This document shows, one piece after another, positions 38,849 to 47,880 of a stretch of 64,000 nt of DNA (the first letter of the stretch is position 1; each line of letters opens with the position of its first letter). The position numbers and the translations under genes were made by a program. The notes under the pieces were generated by a model. The model saw nothing but the letters and a program-made list of their open reading frames with translations. It did no database searches and was not told the DNA's origin. Origin of the DNA: Alphaproteobacteria bacterium (lineage in GTDB: Bacteria > Pseudomonadota > Alphaproteobacteria > CALKHQ01). Location: NCBI GenBank assembly GCA_965227515.1, contig CBDDFZ010000001.1, forward strand, positions 2,144,001 through 2,208,000, given 5' to 3'.

Positions 38849-39014
38849 GTCGTCCTCGCTCTTGTAGCGAGGACCCATTCTTGTGCAATTCGCCGACCGC
38901 ATGCATTGGGTCTTATGGGCCCATTGCCACTTGGCCTTGGTCCAGCAGTTGGCCTACGAAGCAAATGTTGGGCCTGCCCGGACCATGGGCCCTCGCCACA
39001 AGGGCGAGGGCGAC
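38849..39014. repeat. CGTC-type REPIN, family D, copy 2
   Basis: GTCGTCCTCGCTCTTGTAGCGAGGACCCAT ... ATGGGCCCTCGCCACAAGGGCGAGGGCGAC. Confidence 0.85.
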
Positions 39015-39052
39015 GAAAAGTGTCTTGAACTGGCGAGTACTTCCCCGCGCAA

Positions 39053-39865
39053 ATGACCGCCATCGACCCGAACGACTGGATCGCCGCCCTCAACGCCTGG
39101 CCGCCGGAAGCGGTATGGGTGGTGATGCTGCTGGCGGCGTTCGCCATGGTGCTGGTGTTCCTGCGCCTGTTCGGCGCGGTCGGCATGCAGGTGTTCGTCG
39201 TCGTCGCCGTGCTGGCCGCCAATGTGCAGGTGCTGAAGACGGTCTCGTTCTCGGTATTCCCGGACCCGATCGCGCTCGGCACCGTGCTGTTCGCCTGCAC
39301 CTATCTGTGCACCGATATCCTGGCCGAGTACTACGGCCGGCGCGAGGCACAGAAGGCGGTGGTGATCGGCTTCGTCGGCTATTTGGCGTTCCTGGTGTTC
39401 GTGCTGATCGGCCTCGGCTTCCAGCCGCTGACTGCCGACCAGCTCACGCCCGAGCAGTTGCCCGACTACGAATGGTCGTTCGCGATGCAGGACCACATCG
39501 CGGCCGTGTTCGTGCCGGGGCCGGCCTTCTTCGTCGCCGGCATGGCGGCCTATTTCATCAGCCAGTTCAACGACATCTGGCTGTTCCGCCTGATCCGCCG
39601 CATGACCGACGGGCGGCATCTGTGGCTGCGCAACAACGTCTCCACCGCGATCTCGGCATTGATCGATTCAGCCATCTTCTCGGTTTTGGCCTGGGTGGTG
39701 CTGAACCCGGAGCCGCTGGCCTGGCCGGTGGTCATCGTGACCTACATCCTGGGCTCATGGGTGCTGCGGCTCGTCGTGGCGGCCCTGGACACCCCGGTGA
39801 TCTACCTGGCGCGGCACTGCCTGCCGCCGGCCGACCGGATCGGCGGTCCGGCCGCCCACCCGTGA
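39053..39865 (+). CDS. yhhQ: Queuosine precursor transporter (VUT/YhhQ family)
   Basis: ANVQVLK, TDILAEYYG, AYFISQFND, WLRNNVST..IDS, LDTP; close to tgt. Confidence 0.9.
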   Translation: MTAIDPNDWIAALNAWPPEAVWVVMLLAAFAMVLVFLRLFGAVGMQVFVVVAVLAANVQVLKTVSFSVFPDPIALGTVLFACTYLCTDILAEYYGRREAQKAVVIGFVGYLAFLVFVLIGLGFQPLTADQLTPEQLPDYEWSFAMQDHIAAVFVPGPAFFVAGMAAYFISQFNDIWLFRLIRRMTDGRHLWLRNNVSTAISALIDSAIFSVLAWVVLNPEPLAWPVVIVTYILGSWVLRLVVAALDTPVIYLARHCLPPADRIGGPAAHP

Positions 39866-39966
39866 CGGCACGCACGTGTGACGGCGCGCACTGGCAACCG
39901 TCTGCCATCGGGCGTACAGTGTGGGGACACGCGTGGTTTGCGCATGCCGGGGCGGACATTCGACAC

Positions 39967-40800
39967 ATGACAGCAGCGGCGGGAGCGATTGTCGCGGACG
40001 AGCCGATCGAGCGACGGCTCGCGGCCATCGTCAGCCTGGACGTCGCCGGCTACAGCCGGCTGATGGTCGAGGACGACATTGGAACCCTGCGCACCTTGGA
40101 GTGGGTGAGGGAGCTGATCGGCGAGGCCGCCCGGCGCCATCACGGCCGCATCGCCAGCACCGCCGGCGACGGTTTCCTGCTCGCCTTCGACAGTTCGGTC
40201 GCCGCGGTGAAGTGCGCCAGCGAGGTGCAGGACCAGATGCAGGCGGTCAATCGGGAGCGCAATGCCGCGCACCCGATGCTGTTGCGCGCCGGCGTCAATA
40301 TCGGCGACGTGATGGACCGCGACGGCGATGTCTTCGGCGACGCCGTCAACATTGCCGCGCGGGTGCAGGCGCTGGCCGAGCCGGGCGGCGTAGCGCTGAC
40401 CGCGGCGGTCTACGACCAGATCGCGCGCAAGATCGACGTCCAGTGCGAGTACAACGGCGCCCACCGGGTCAAGAACATCGCCGACCCGATCCAGGTCTAT
40501 CGCCTGCAACCCAACGCCACCCGCGCATTCTGGCGGCGCGGCCATGCAGCACTGCCACGTCAGGCCCCGGTCGCGTCGGGCGAGATCAGCCCCTATCCGC
40601 GCAGCAAGGTGCTGGCCATGGCGGTCGTCATCGGCATATTCGGCGCGCACCGCTTCACTGTCGGGCGCAAGTTCAGCGGCACGTTGCAGGCCCTCACCGT
40701 CGGTGGGATTGGGCTCTGGTGGCTCTACGATCTGTTCGAGCTGATCAGCGGCGATTTCGTCGATGCCCAGCGGCGACCCGTCCGCACGTGGTTCGGTTGA
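39967..40800 (+). CDS. Class III nucleotidyl cyclase fused to a C-terminal TM2 domain
   Basis: ERRLAAIVSLDVAGYS, AGDG, GDAVNIAARVQ, VKNI; then GIFGAHRF..G..T.GG.GLWW..D. Confidence 0.85.
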   Translation: MTAAAGAIVADEPIERRLAAIVSLDVAGYSRLMVEDDIGTLRTLEWVRELIGEAARRHHGRIASTAGDGFLLAFDSSVAAVKCASEVQDQMQAVNRERNAAHPMLLRAGVNIGDVMDRDGDVFGDAVNIAARVQALAEPGGVALTAAVYDQIARKIDVQCEYNGAHRVKNIADPIQVYRLQPNATRAFWRRGHAALPRQAPVASGEISPYPRSKVLAMAVVIGIFGAHRFTVGRKFSGTLQALTVGGIGLWWLYDLFELISGDFVDAQRRPVRTWFG

Positions 40801-40817
40801 CCGGCGCGTAGTCCCGC

Positions 40818-42047
40818 ATGAGTTCCGCTGATTTTTCGTTTGCCGTCGACCGGCGGGCCACCGGTCTGGCCGACTGGCCCGGCCGCGCCCGCACCGGCGT
40901 GCTGACAACGCCGCACGGCAGCATCGAAACGCCGGCGTTCATCTTCTGCGCCACCAAGGCGGCGATGAAGGGTGCCACGGCGGAGCAGGTGGCGGCCTGC
41001 AACAGCCAGATCATCCTGTCCAACACCTATCACCTGATGCTGCAGCCGGGCGCGGACCTTGTCGCCAAGATGGGCGGCCTGCATCGCTTCACCGGCTGGT
41101 CGGGGCCGATGCTGACCGACAGCGGCGGCTACCAGGTGTTCGCCATGGGCCACGGCAGCGTATCGCAGGAGGTGAAGGGCAGCCGCAACGACAACCGCAC
41201 GCCCACATTGCTCGAGATCAGCGAGAAGGGTGCGGTATTCAAGTCTTATATCGACGGCAGCCGCCACCTGCTGACCCCGGAGCTGTCCATCGAGACCCAG
41301 GTCAAGCTGGGCGCCGACCTGATCGTGGTCTTCGACGAGTGCACCGCGTTCCACGACGACCGCGACTACACCGCGCGTTCGATGGCGCTGAGCCACCGCT
41401 GGGCCGACCGCTGCATCGCCGAGTTCGACCGCCTGGGCGGGCTGGAGAAGCAGCGCCTCTATGGCGTGGTGCAGGGCGGCGTCTACCAGGACCTGCGCGA
41501 CGAGAGCGTCGCCTTCAACAACTCACGCGACGTCTTCGGCATCGCGGTCGGCGGCTGCCTGGGCGGCGACAAGGCCGACATGGTGGAGGTGGTGGGCTAT
41601 GCCATGCGCGAGCTAGGCGGCGACCGGCCGGTCCATTTGCTCGGGATTGGCGGCATCGCCGACATCTGGCAGGGCATCTGCCGCGGCGTCGACACTTTCG
41701 ATTGCGTCGGCCCGACCCGGGTCGCCCGCCATGGCGCGGCACTGATCCGGCCGGCGCTTGCGGAGGCGGAGGGCGGCAAGCCCGGCAGCGACCGCATCAA
41801 CCTGCGCAACGCCAAGTTCCGCGAGGACAAGCGGCCGCTGGACCCGGAGAGCGACTGCGGGCTCACCCGCAACCACTCCCGCGCCTATATCCACCACCTG
41901 CTGCGCGCCGACGAGATGGTCGGCCGGACGCTGCTGACGCTGCACAACATCAGCTTCATGAACCGGCTGATGCGCGACGTGCGCGCCGCCATCCGCGCCG
42001 ACCGCATCGCCGAGGCGGCGAAATGGTGGCTGGGTGAACCCATCTAA
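40818..42047 (+). CDS. tgt: tRNA-guanine transglycosylase (variant pocket)
   Basis: SNTYHL, TDSGGYQ, FDEC, GVVQGG, HLLGIG, DTFDCV.PTR, HN. Confidence 0.95.
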   Translation: MSSADFSFAVDRRATGLADWPGRARTGVLTTPHGSIETPAFIFCATKAAMKGATAEQVAACNSQIILSNTYHLMLQPGADLVAKMGGLHRFTGWSGPMLTDSGGYQVFAMGHGSVSQEVKGSRNDNRTPTLLEISEKGAVFKSYIDGSRHLLTPELSIETQVKLGADLIVVFDECTAFHDDRDYTARSMALSHRWADRCIAEFDRLGGLEKQRLYGVVQGGVYQDLRDESVAFNNSRDVFGIAVGGCLGGDKADMVEVVGYAMRELGGDRPVHLLGIGGIADIWQGICRGVDTFDCVGPTRVARHGAALIRPALAEAEGGKPGSDRINLRNAKFREDKRPLDPESDCGLTRNHSRAYIHHLLRADEMVGRTLLTLHNISFMNRLMRDVRAAIRADRIAEAAKWWLGEPI

Positions 42048-42056
42048 CCGGGACTG

Positions 42057-42461
42057 CTATCGCTCGCAGATCTTGAAGACGCCGAGCGGCGTGCCGTCGG
42101 CCTCGTACCAGCGGTGGGCCGACCACTCGGTGTCGCGCCCGCACTCGCTCAGCGTTTCGCGGCGCACGAAATGATCCTCGAACACGACCGAGTGGCGCGG
42201 CGTCATCGCGTAAACGTCGTCCCCGTGCATGGCAAAGAGGCGGCCGCAGATGACATGCAGGTCGATCCGGCCGAGGTCGGCGTGCTCCAAATGGCGGACG
42301 ATGTCGTCGTAGCACTCCTCGCCGTGCGGCAGCTCCAGGTCAGGCGGATCGGTCGGGACGAAGCCGTATTGCGGCGTCAGTTCCAGCGCCGCCGCATCCG
42401 GCACCATGCCGCCAATGCCAATGGCAAGCGCGGTACCGGTGATCGCGAAGATCGCTCTCAT
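42057..42461 (-). CDS. Secreted 4-Cys hypothetical protein, paralogue 3
   Basis: Signal peptide; LELTPQYGF..HGDDVY..VFEDHF..CG..RWYEADG..C, homologous to 42963..43391. Confidence 0.8.
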   Translation of the reverse strand: MRAIFAITGTALAIGIGGMVPDAAALELTPQYGFVPTDPPDLELPHGEECYDDIVRHLEHADLGRIDLHVICGRLFAMHGDDVYAMTPRHSVVFEDHFVRRETLSECGRDTEWSAHRWYEADGTPLGVFKICER

Positions 42462-42505
42462 TTCTCGCTCCTACGCTCGCCTTGTCTGCCCGGTCCGAAT
42501 ACGGC

Positions 42506-42904
42506 CTACAGCGGGTAGATGCAGCTCAGATGGAACAGGTAGAGCGCGCCTTGGGCATCCTGCTTCAGGAACGCATCCCACAGGCCGCCGTGGTCGCAGG
42601 TGCCGGTTTGCTCCACCAACGTGAACTGGTCCTGGTACAGCTCATAGCCCTGGTAATCGACGAAATAGACCTCGTCGCCGCGCACCGCGTTGTAGCCGTT
42701 GCAGGCGCTGTGAAACACAAGGTCGCTGCCGTCGGGGTAGTCGACCCAGAAGGTGATCTCACCGAAGCAGGAGAGGTCGGGCTCGTCCTCGGAAAGGTAG
42801 AAGCCGTTCGCCTCGCTGAAGTCGAAGGCGGCAGCCGGCGACGCCAGCGCCACAGCCGTCAAGGTTACGGTGGCGCATATCCCGAGGATTTGGTGCAGCC
42901 TCAT
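42506..42904 (-). CDS. Secreted 4-Cys hypothetical protein, paralogue 2 (divergent)
   Basis: Signal peptide, AGGAGG RBS; NGF..C..CNGYNAVRGDEVY..C..C. Confidence 0.78.
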   Translation of the reverse strand: MRLHQILGICATVTLTAVALASPAAAFDFSEANGFYLSEDEPDLSCFGEITFWVDYPDGSDLVFHSACNGYNAVRGDEVYFVDYQGYELYQDQFTLVEQTGTCDHGGLWDAFLKQDAQGALYLFHLSCIYPL

Positions 42905-42962
42905 CTGCCATTCCTCCTTGCCGCGTCCGAGGATGGAGCCTAGCAAAGGATCGTGACGGCCG

Positions 42963-43391
42963 TCAGGAAACGCCCGCTGCGGGCGGCGGCGGGCTCGACG
43001 GGCCGGGTTCGTTGAAGCAGTTCAGGTAGACGTCGATGGCGGTGCCATCGGCCTCGAACCAGCGCTCGTGCTCCCAGTCGACGTCCACGCCGCAGGTCGT
43101 CACCGTTTCGCGTTCGGCAAAGTGCTCCTCGAACACGGTCGAGTCGTGCCAGTTCATCATGTAGACGGTCTCGCCGTGCACGACGTTGTAGCCGTAGCAG
43201 GTCATGTAGAACGACAGCCGGCCGATCTCTGCACTATCGACGACCCGGTGCAGTTCGTTGCCCTCGCAGGCCTCCTCGACCGTCATGTCGGTCAGCACGA
43301 AGCCATAGGCCGGCGTCAGCTCAAGCGCCCATGCCGGCGATGCGGCCAGCAGGACCGCGCCGGCCAGGGCCAGCCTGATCGTCGTTGTCAT
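42963..43391 (-). CDS. Secreted 4-Cys hypothetical protein, paralogue 1
   Basis: Signal peptide, GGAG RBS; LELTPAYGF..CYGYNVVHGETVY..VFEEHF..CG..RWFEADG..C. Confidence 0.8.
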   Translation of the reverse strand: MTTTIRLALAGAVLLAASPAWALELTPAYGFVLTDMTVEEACEGNELHRVVDSAEIGRLSFYMTCYGYNVVHGETVYMMNWHDSTVFEEHFAERETVTTCGVDVDWEHERWFEADGTAIDVYLNCFNEPGPSSPPPPAAGVS

Positions 43392-43524
43392 CGATATCTC
43401 CCACACCCGTCTGCAGCCTGAAAGACAACACGGCAATGGGGAAGCCGTGCGGCGTCAGCTGGGCATTTTAGGGATGAGTTGTTTATGACCAGCTAGCGCC
43501 GGTGCAGACTGCAATTTCCAAGCC

Positions 43525-44256
43525 TCAGGCGGTCTCATGGACGGCCAGCGCCTCGCGGTCGGCGATCAGGGTGGCGTTGGGGTGGCTGCGCAGCATGGTC
43601 GCCGGCACGTCGGGGCCGATGGGGTCGCTGAGCAGGCGGGCGACGATGCCGGCCTTGGCAGCGCCACTGGCGATCGCGCACATGGCGCGCGCCTCGAACA
43701 GGGTGCCAAGGCCCAGGGTCACGGCGTGGCGCGGCACATCGTCCTCCGACCCCCAGTAGGCAGCGTTGGAGGCGATCGACTCCGGCGTCAGGTCGATCCG
43801 GCGCGCCCGCGAATCGAATGCGCTGCCCGGCTCGTTGAAGCCGAGGTGGCCATTGGGGCCGATACCGAGCACGGCGAGGTCGATGCCACCGAGCGCCCTG
43901 ATCGCGTCCTCCAGCCGCTTGGCCTCGCTCGCGGCGTCGCTCATGGAATCGAAGGCGACCACGTGCGCGTCCGGGATGGCGAGCGGCTCCAGCAGTTCCT
44001 TCCTCAGCCAGGCGAACAGGCTGCGGCGGTCGGTCGGCGCGATGCCGGCATACTCATCCAGCGTCACCAGCCGCACCTGGCCCATATCGACGGTACCGGC
44101 CCGCGCCGCCCCGACCAGTTGCCGGAACATGCCCACCGGCGAGTTCCCGGTCGGCAGCACCAGCACGGCATCCGGCTTCGCGCGCACAGTGTCGATCACG
44201 ACGCCCGCGGCGCGCGCGCTCATCTCGTCGTAGTCGCGGGTCTCGACAATCTTCAT
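43525..44256 (-). CDS. nagB: Glucosamine-6-phosphate deaminase
   Basis: LPTGNSP, LDEY, GGIDL..LGIGPNGHLGFNEPG, HPN; ATG overlaps the ROK stop. Confidence 0.93.
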   Translation of the reverse strand: MKIVETRDYDEMSARAAGVVIDTVRAKPDAVLVLPTGNSPVGMFRQLVGAARAGTVDMGQVRLVTLDEYAGIAPTDRRSLFAWLRKELLEPLAIPDAHVVAFDSMSDAASEAKRLEDAIRALGGIDLAVLGIGPNGHLGFNEPGSAFDSRARRIDLTPESIASNAAYWGSEDDVPRHAVTLGLGTLFEARAMCAIASGAAKAGIVARLLSDPIGPDVPATMLRSHPNATLIADREALAVHETA

Positions 44257-45146
44257 CGTGGTTGGGTGATCTCCGTTTCGTTGTCGCCCGCATCGCGCCA
44301 CAGGGCCGCCGCGCCGACCGCGCCGGCATGTGCGCCCAGCGCGCCGAGCCGAAATTCCAGGGCGCCATGATAGCCCACGGGGCAGGCGCTGCGGAACGCG
44401 GATTCGACCGCGTTTCGAAACGGCTCGCCAATGGCGGTGACACCGCCGATCAGGGCTATGACTTCCAGGTCCAGCAGCAGATGCGCGTTGCCGAGCGCCA
44501 ACCCCAGCACCTTGAGCGCCTCGGACATCGCCGCACCTTCGGGCGCGCCGGAGACATAGGCCTGGAAGAGCTCGGCGTAGGGCCTGCCGGTGCGGCGCTC
44601 CAGCTCCACTGGCGACGCGACCTCTTCCATCGTCGGCGGCGCGGCGCCATCCGCCGACGGCATCAGCGAGAACACGCCGATTTCGCCGGCCGCGCGCAGG
44701 GTGCCGGCATAGATGCGCCCGTCGAGCAGCAGGCCGGCGCCGATGCCGGTGCCGAATGTCACGGTCATCGCGTTGCGGGCGTTTGCCGCGGCGCCGAGCC
44801 AGGCCTCGCCGCGCATGGCGGAACGTGCGTCGTGGTCGACCCGGCACGGCACCCCGAACCGCTGAGAGAAGGCGCTTTCCAGCGGAACGCCCGCCAGATT
44901 GGGCAGGTTGGTGCTGCCCAGATGCATGGTGCCGTCGGGCCGCACGAGACCGCCGACCGCGAAGCCCAGCCGGTCGACCGGATGGCCGCCGGCCAGTTCC
45001 GACACCGTGTCCGCGATAGCGCCGAGCAGCACATCCCGTGCGACATTGCCGCCGACCGGTGCGGTCGTGCGCGTCACTGTCCCATCGGCTTCGTCGACCC
45101 GGACCGCCTTGATGCTGGTGCCGCCGAGATCGAGCCCGATCAGCAT
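44253..45146 (-). CDS. ROK-family sugar kinase
   Basis: IGLDLGGT, GE.WLGA, TFGTGIGAG, AGEIG, IGG. Confidence 0.88.
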   Translation of the reverse strand: MLIGLDLGGTSIKAVRVDEADGTVTRTTAPVGGNVARDVLLGAIADTVSELAGGHPVDRLGFAVGGLVRPDGTMHLGSTNLPNLAGVPLESAFSQRFGVPCRVDHDARSAMRGEAWLGAAANARNAMTVTFGTGIGAGLLLDGRIYAGTLRAAGEIGVFSLMPSADGAAPPTMEEVASPVELERRTGRPYAELFQAYVSGAPEGAAMSEALKVLGLALGNAHLLLDLEVIALIGGVTAIGEPFRNAVESAFRSACPVGYHGALEFRLGALGAHAGAVGAAALWRDAGDNETEITQPR

Positions 45147-45335
45147 GGGCAACGCAGTGCGCGATGATCGTTGGTGAGCGGCATGGCGGCGGCACGTTGC
45201 CTCATCCGCGCGGCGACGCCAAGCCATTGCCGCGCGGTGCGGCCTTCGGGTCGCCGCTGGCGATTGACGCGGGCCGGCACGCCGCTACACTCCGGCGCGC
45301 CCCGTTCCGCCACAGACGTATCCGCGAGACCCGCC

Positions 45336-45983
45336 ATGAACCGCCCGCTCCACGCCAAGCTGCACGTGCTCGGCCACCCGATGATCAGCCACAAGCTGAC
45401 CATCATGCGCGACAAGGACACCAGCACCATCAAGTTCCGCTCCCTCTTGAAGGAGATCGCGCTGTTGATGGGCTATGAGCTGACCCGCCACCTGCCGATG
45501 GAATCGAAGCGGATCGAAACGCCGCTTGAGGAAATGGACGCGCCGGTCATTGCCGGCAAGAAGCTGGTGGTGGTGCCGATCTTGCGCGCGGGCCTGGGCA
45601 TGGCCGAGGGACTGACCGAACTGGTGCCGACCGCCCGCGTCGGCCATATCGGCCTCTACCGCGACCCGGAAACCAAGCGGCCGGTCGAATACCTGGTCAA
45701 GCTGCCGGAAACACAGGGACGCACGTTCATCCTGGTCGACCCGATGCTGGCGACCGGGCATTCGGCGGCCTATGCGGTCGACGTCCTGAACAAGCACGGC
45801 GTGGACGACCGCGACATCCGCTTCATGGCCCTGGTGTCGGCGCCCGAGGGCGTGAAGGTGCTGGCCGACGCCCACCCGGATGTGGAGATCTACACCGCCG
45901 CGCTCGACAGCCACTTGAACGAGAATGCGTACATCGTGCCCGGCCTGGGCGACGCCGGCGACCGGCTGTTCGGGACGAAGTAG
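45336..45983 (+). CDS. upp: Uracil phosphoribosyltransferase
   Basis: [38 protein letters not shown]. Confidence 0.97.
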   Translation: MNRPLHAKLHVLGHPMISHKLTIMRDKDTSTIKFRSLLKEIALLMGYELTRHLPMESKRIETPLEEMDAPVIAGKKLVVVPILRAGLGMAEGLTELVPTARVGHIGLYRDPETKRPVEYLVKLPETQGRTFILVDPMLATGHSAAYAVDVLNKHGVDDRDIRFMALVSAPEGVKVLADAHPDVEIYTAALDSHLNENAYIVPGLGDAGDRLFGTK

Positions 45984-46002
45984 CCCCGAGGGGCGACGTC
46001 TT

Positions 46003-46290
46003 TCAGCGCGGCGACGTCCAACGCGCCAGCTCCGCGAGCTGATCCAATCGCCGTGACGGTTCGCCGGGCAGGTCGGCGGCCGATCGATAATCGCGATACG
46101 CTGACGAGGCCGCGACGTCGTGTCGGACGGCGCGCGGCAGGTCGGCCCCATGATAGCGTCGGCGATTGCTGCGGGGCCTCAGCGTCTGTGCCAGCATGGC
46201 CAGCCAACCGCGCCCTTTCGCGCGCTTGAACCGCCCTTCGGTGGGCGATCCGCCGAACCAGCTCGTTGTCAGCGTCGGGGTCAAAGTCAT
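46003..46290 (-). CDS. Small hypothetical protein divergent from LysR (DUF1127-like character)
   Basis: GGAGG RBS, Arg-rich 95-aa ORF with LP..VRHDV; position typical of a LysR target. Confidence 0.45.
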   Translation of the reverse strand: MTLTPTLTTSWFGGSPTEGRFKRAKGRGWLAMLAQTLRPRSNRRRYHGADLPRAVRHDVAASSAYRDYRSAADLPGEPSRRLDQLAELARWTSPR

Positions 46291-46395
46291 CTCGACCTCC
46301 CATGAATTGAAGCGCTGACAGGAACCTAGGCACTGCCGGTCGGTGTGATAATATACCGATTGGGCAAATCACTATCCTGAAAATCGGGATAATAT

Positions 46396-47304
46396 ATGAA
46401 TCAGCTCGAAGCAATGGCGGTGTTCCTGGCGGTTGCCCGTGGCGGCAGCTTCTCTGCGGCGGCCCGCCTGCGCGGAATGTCAGCGACGGCGGTCAGCCGC
46501 CACGTTGCCGAGCTGGAGGCCTTTCTGGGTGTCGCCTTGTTGCGGCGCACGACGCGCAAGCTCAGTCTGACCGATGCCGGCACGCGCTACCTGCCGCGCG
46601 CGGCCGCAATCCTCGAAGAGATATCGGCGTTGGACGACGAGACCCGAACCGTCGACACCACACCGCGGGGACGGCTGCGGATCACGGCCCCGCCGGGTAT
46701 CGGCCACGACTGGATTGCGATGACGGCCGTCGATTTTGTCGAAGCGAACCCGCAGATCAGCCTCGAGTTGGATCTGACGGAGCGGGTGGTCGATCTGGTA
46801 GCGGAGGGGTTCGATGCTGCCATTCGATCCGGCCGACTGCACTCCTCCTCGCTGATCGCCCACAAGATCGTCGATGTCGAATACATTCTTTGCGGCAACC
46901 GCGAACATCTCACCGACACGGGCTGGCCGGCGCATCCGGACGATCTTGCGCGGTTTCGGTTCATTCAGTGGTGCGGGGGATCGGGACAGGAAAACTGGTG
47001 GATGGAGCGGGACGGCAAACGCCATCAGGTGCCGGTCAATCACCTGCTCAAGATCAATGATATCCGGGCCCATCGGGAGGCCGCCATGCGCGGTCTGGGC
47101 CTTGCAATGCTGCCCGCATTGAGCGTGCGCGGCGACCTGGCGGCGGGACGGTTGGTGCGGGTGCTGCCGGACTACGAGTCGGAGCCCGCGCGATTGCATC
47201 TGGTGCGTCCGCCGAGCCCCTTCGAGCCGCCGCGATTACGCGTGTTCATAGATTTCATCACAGCGGCGCTGCGTGCATTTTCCACCCGTGGCGACGCGGC
47301 CTGA
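46396..47304 (+). CDS. LysR-family transcriptional regulator (CrgA-like)
   Basis: GSFSAAA..VSRHV..LE..LG..LLRRTTR..LTDAG; VDLVAEGFDAAIR. Confidence 0.95.
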   Translation: MNQLEAMAVFLAVARGGSFSAAARLRGMSATAVSRHVAELEAFLGVALLRRTTRKLSLTDAGTRYLPRAAAILEEISALDDETRTVDTTPRGRLRITAPPGIGHDWIAMTAVDFVEANPQISLELDLTERVVDLVAEGFDAAIRSGRLHSSSLIAHKIVDVEYILCGNREHLTDTGWPAHPDDLARFRFIQWCGGSGQENWWMERDGKRHQVPVNHLLKINDIRAHREAAMRGLGLAMLPALSVRGDLAAGRLVRVLPDYESEPARLHLVRPPSPFEPPRLRVFIDFITAALRAFSTRGDAA

Positions 47305-47331
47305 GCGGGCCGGCTGTGGTCTGCGAGCACG

Positions 47332-47649
47332 CTACGGTAGCCCCGGGAACGAGGTGACGATCTCGATCTGAATGTCGGGGAAGCTGTCGACGTACTGGAT
47401 GGTGAAGTCCGGGAAGCTGTCGACGATCTGCCACTCGCCGCAGTCATCCGGGAAACTGGTCACGTACTCCACGTTCAGGTCGGGAAAGCTGCTCACCACC
47501 TGCACCGTGATGTCGGGAAAGGAGTCCACCACCTCGACATCGCCCCACAGGTTGATGCCGTTGTAGGTGCAGTCCGACGACACGTCGCCGGCCAGGGCCG
47601 GGGACGACAGCGCTGCGGCGCATGCCAGCGCGCCAACGATCCTGATCAT
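47332..47649 (-). CDS. Small secreted protein with SFPD repeats (probable 7(1) septoil-knot family)
   Basis: Signal peptide; six V(D/S/T)SFP(D/G) units; CTYNG..CGEW. Confidence 0.75.
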   Translation of the reverse strand: MIRIVGALACAAALSSPALAGDVSSDCTYNGINLWGDVEVVDSFPDITVQVVSSFPDLNVEYVTSFPDDCGEWQIVDSFPDFTIQYVDSFPDIQIEIVTSFPGLP

Positions 47650-47764
47650 GTCACGTCACTCCGTGCGATTGATGCGCCTCACTATAGCGACGTATGTGGC
47701 AGGATTGGCGCGCGGGTGTCACGCTGCGTAACAGCCTGCTTGAGCATGATCATTTCAGTCGGCA

Positions 47765-47834
47765 CCGGCCCTCTCCCCCACCCGGCCACCCCGCAGGATA
47801 CTTCCGTGGGCGGCCGGGTGGGGGAGAGGGCTGG
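47765..47834. repeat. Long palindromic hairpin related to family E
   Basis: GCCCTCTCCCCCACCCGGCC ... GGCCGGGTGGGGGAGAGGGC. Confidence 0.8.
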
Positions 47835-47880
47835 CGCAGACTCAGCGTAAGCTAATCCCGATCTAGAGGAGCTACTAACG

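Noticed and set aside
38780-39052. preQ1 riboswitch upstream of yhhQ
   Set aside because: The space is occupied by a family D REPIN; no preQ1 aptamer pattern is visible.
38881-39966. N-terminal 362 aa of the 639-aa ORF as part of the cyclase
   Set aside because: Overlaps yhhQ in another frame and a REPIN; the real start is probably ATG 39967. The same applies to the extended ORF-track starts of chaC, nagB, GNAT and eryD.
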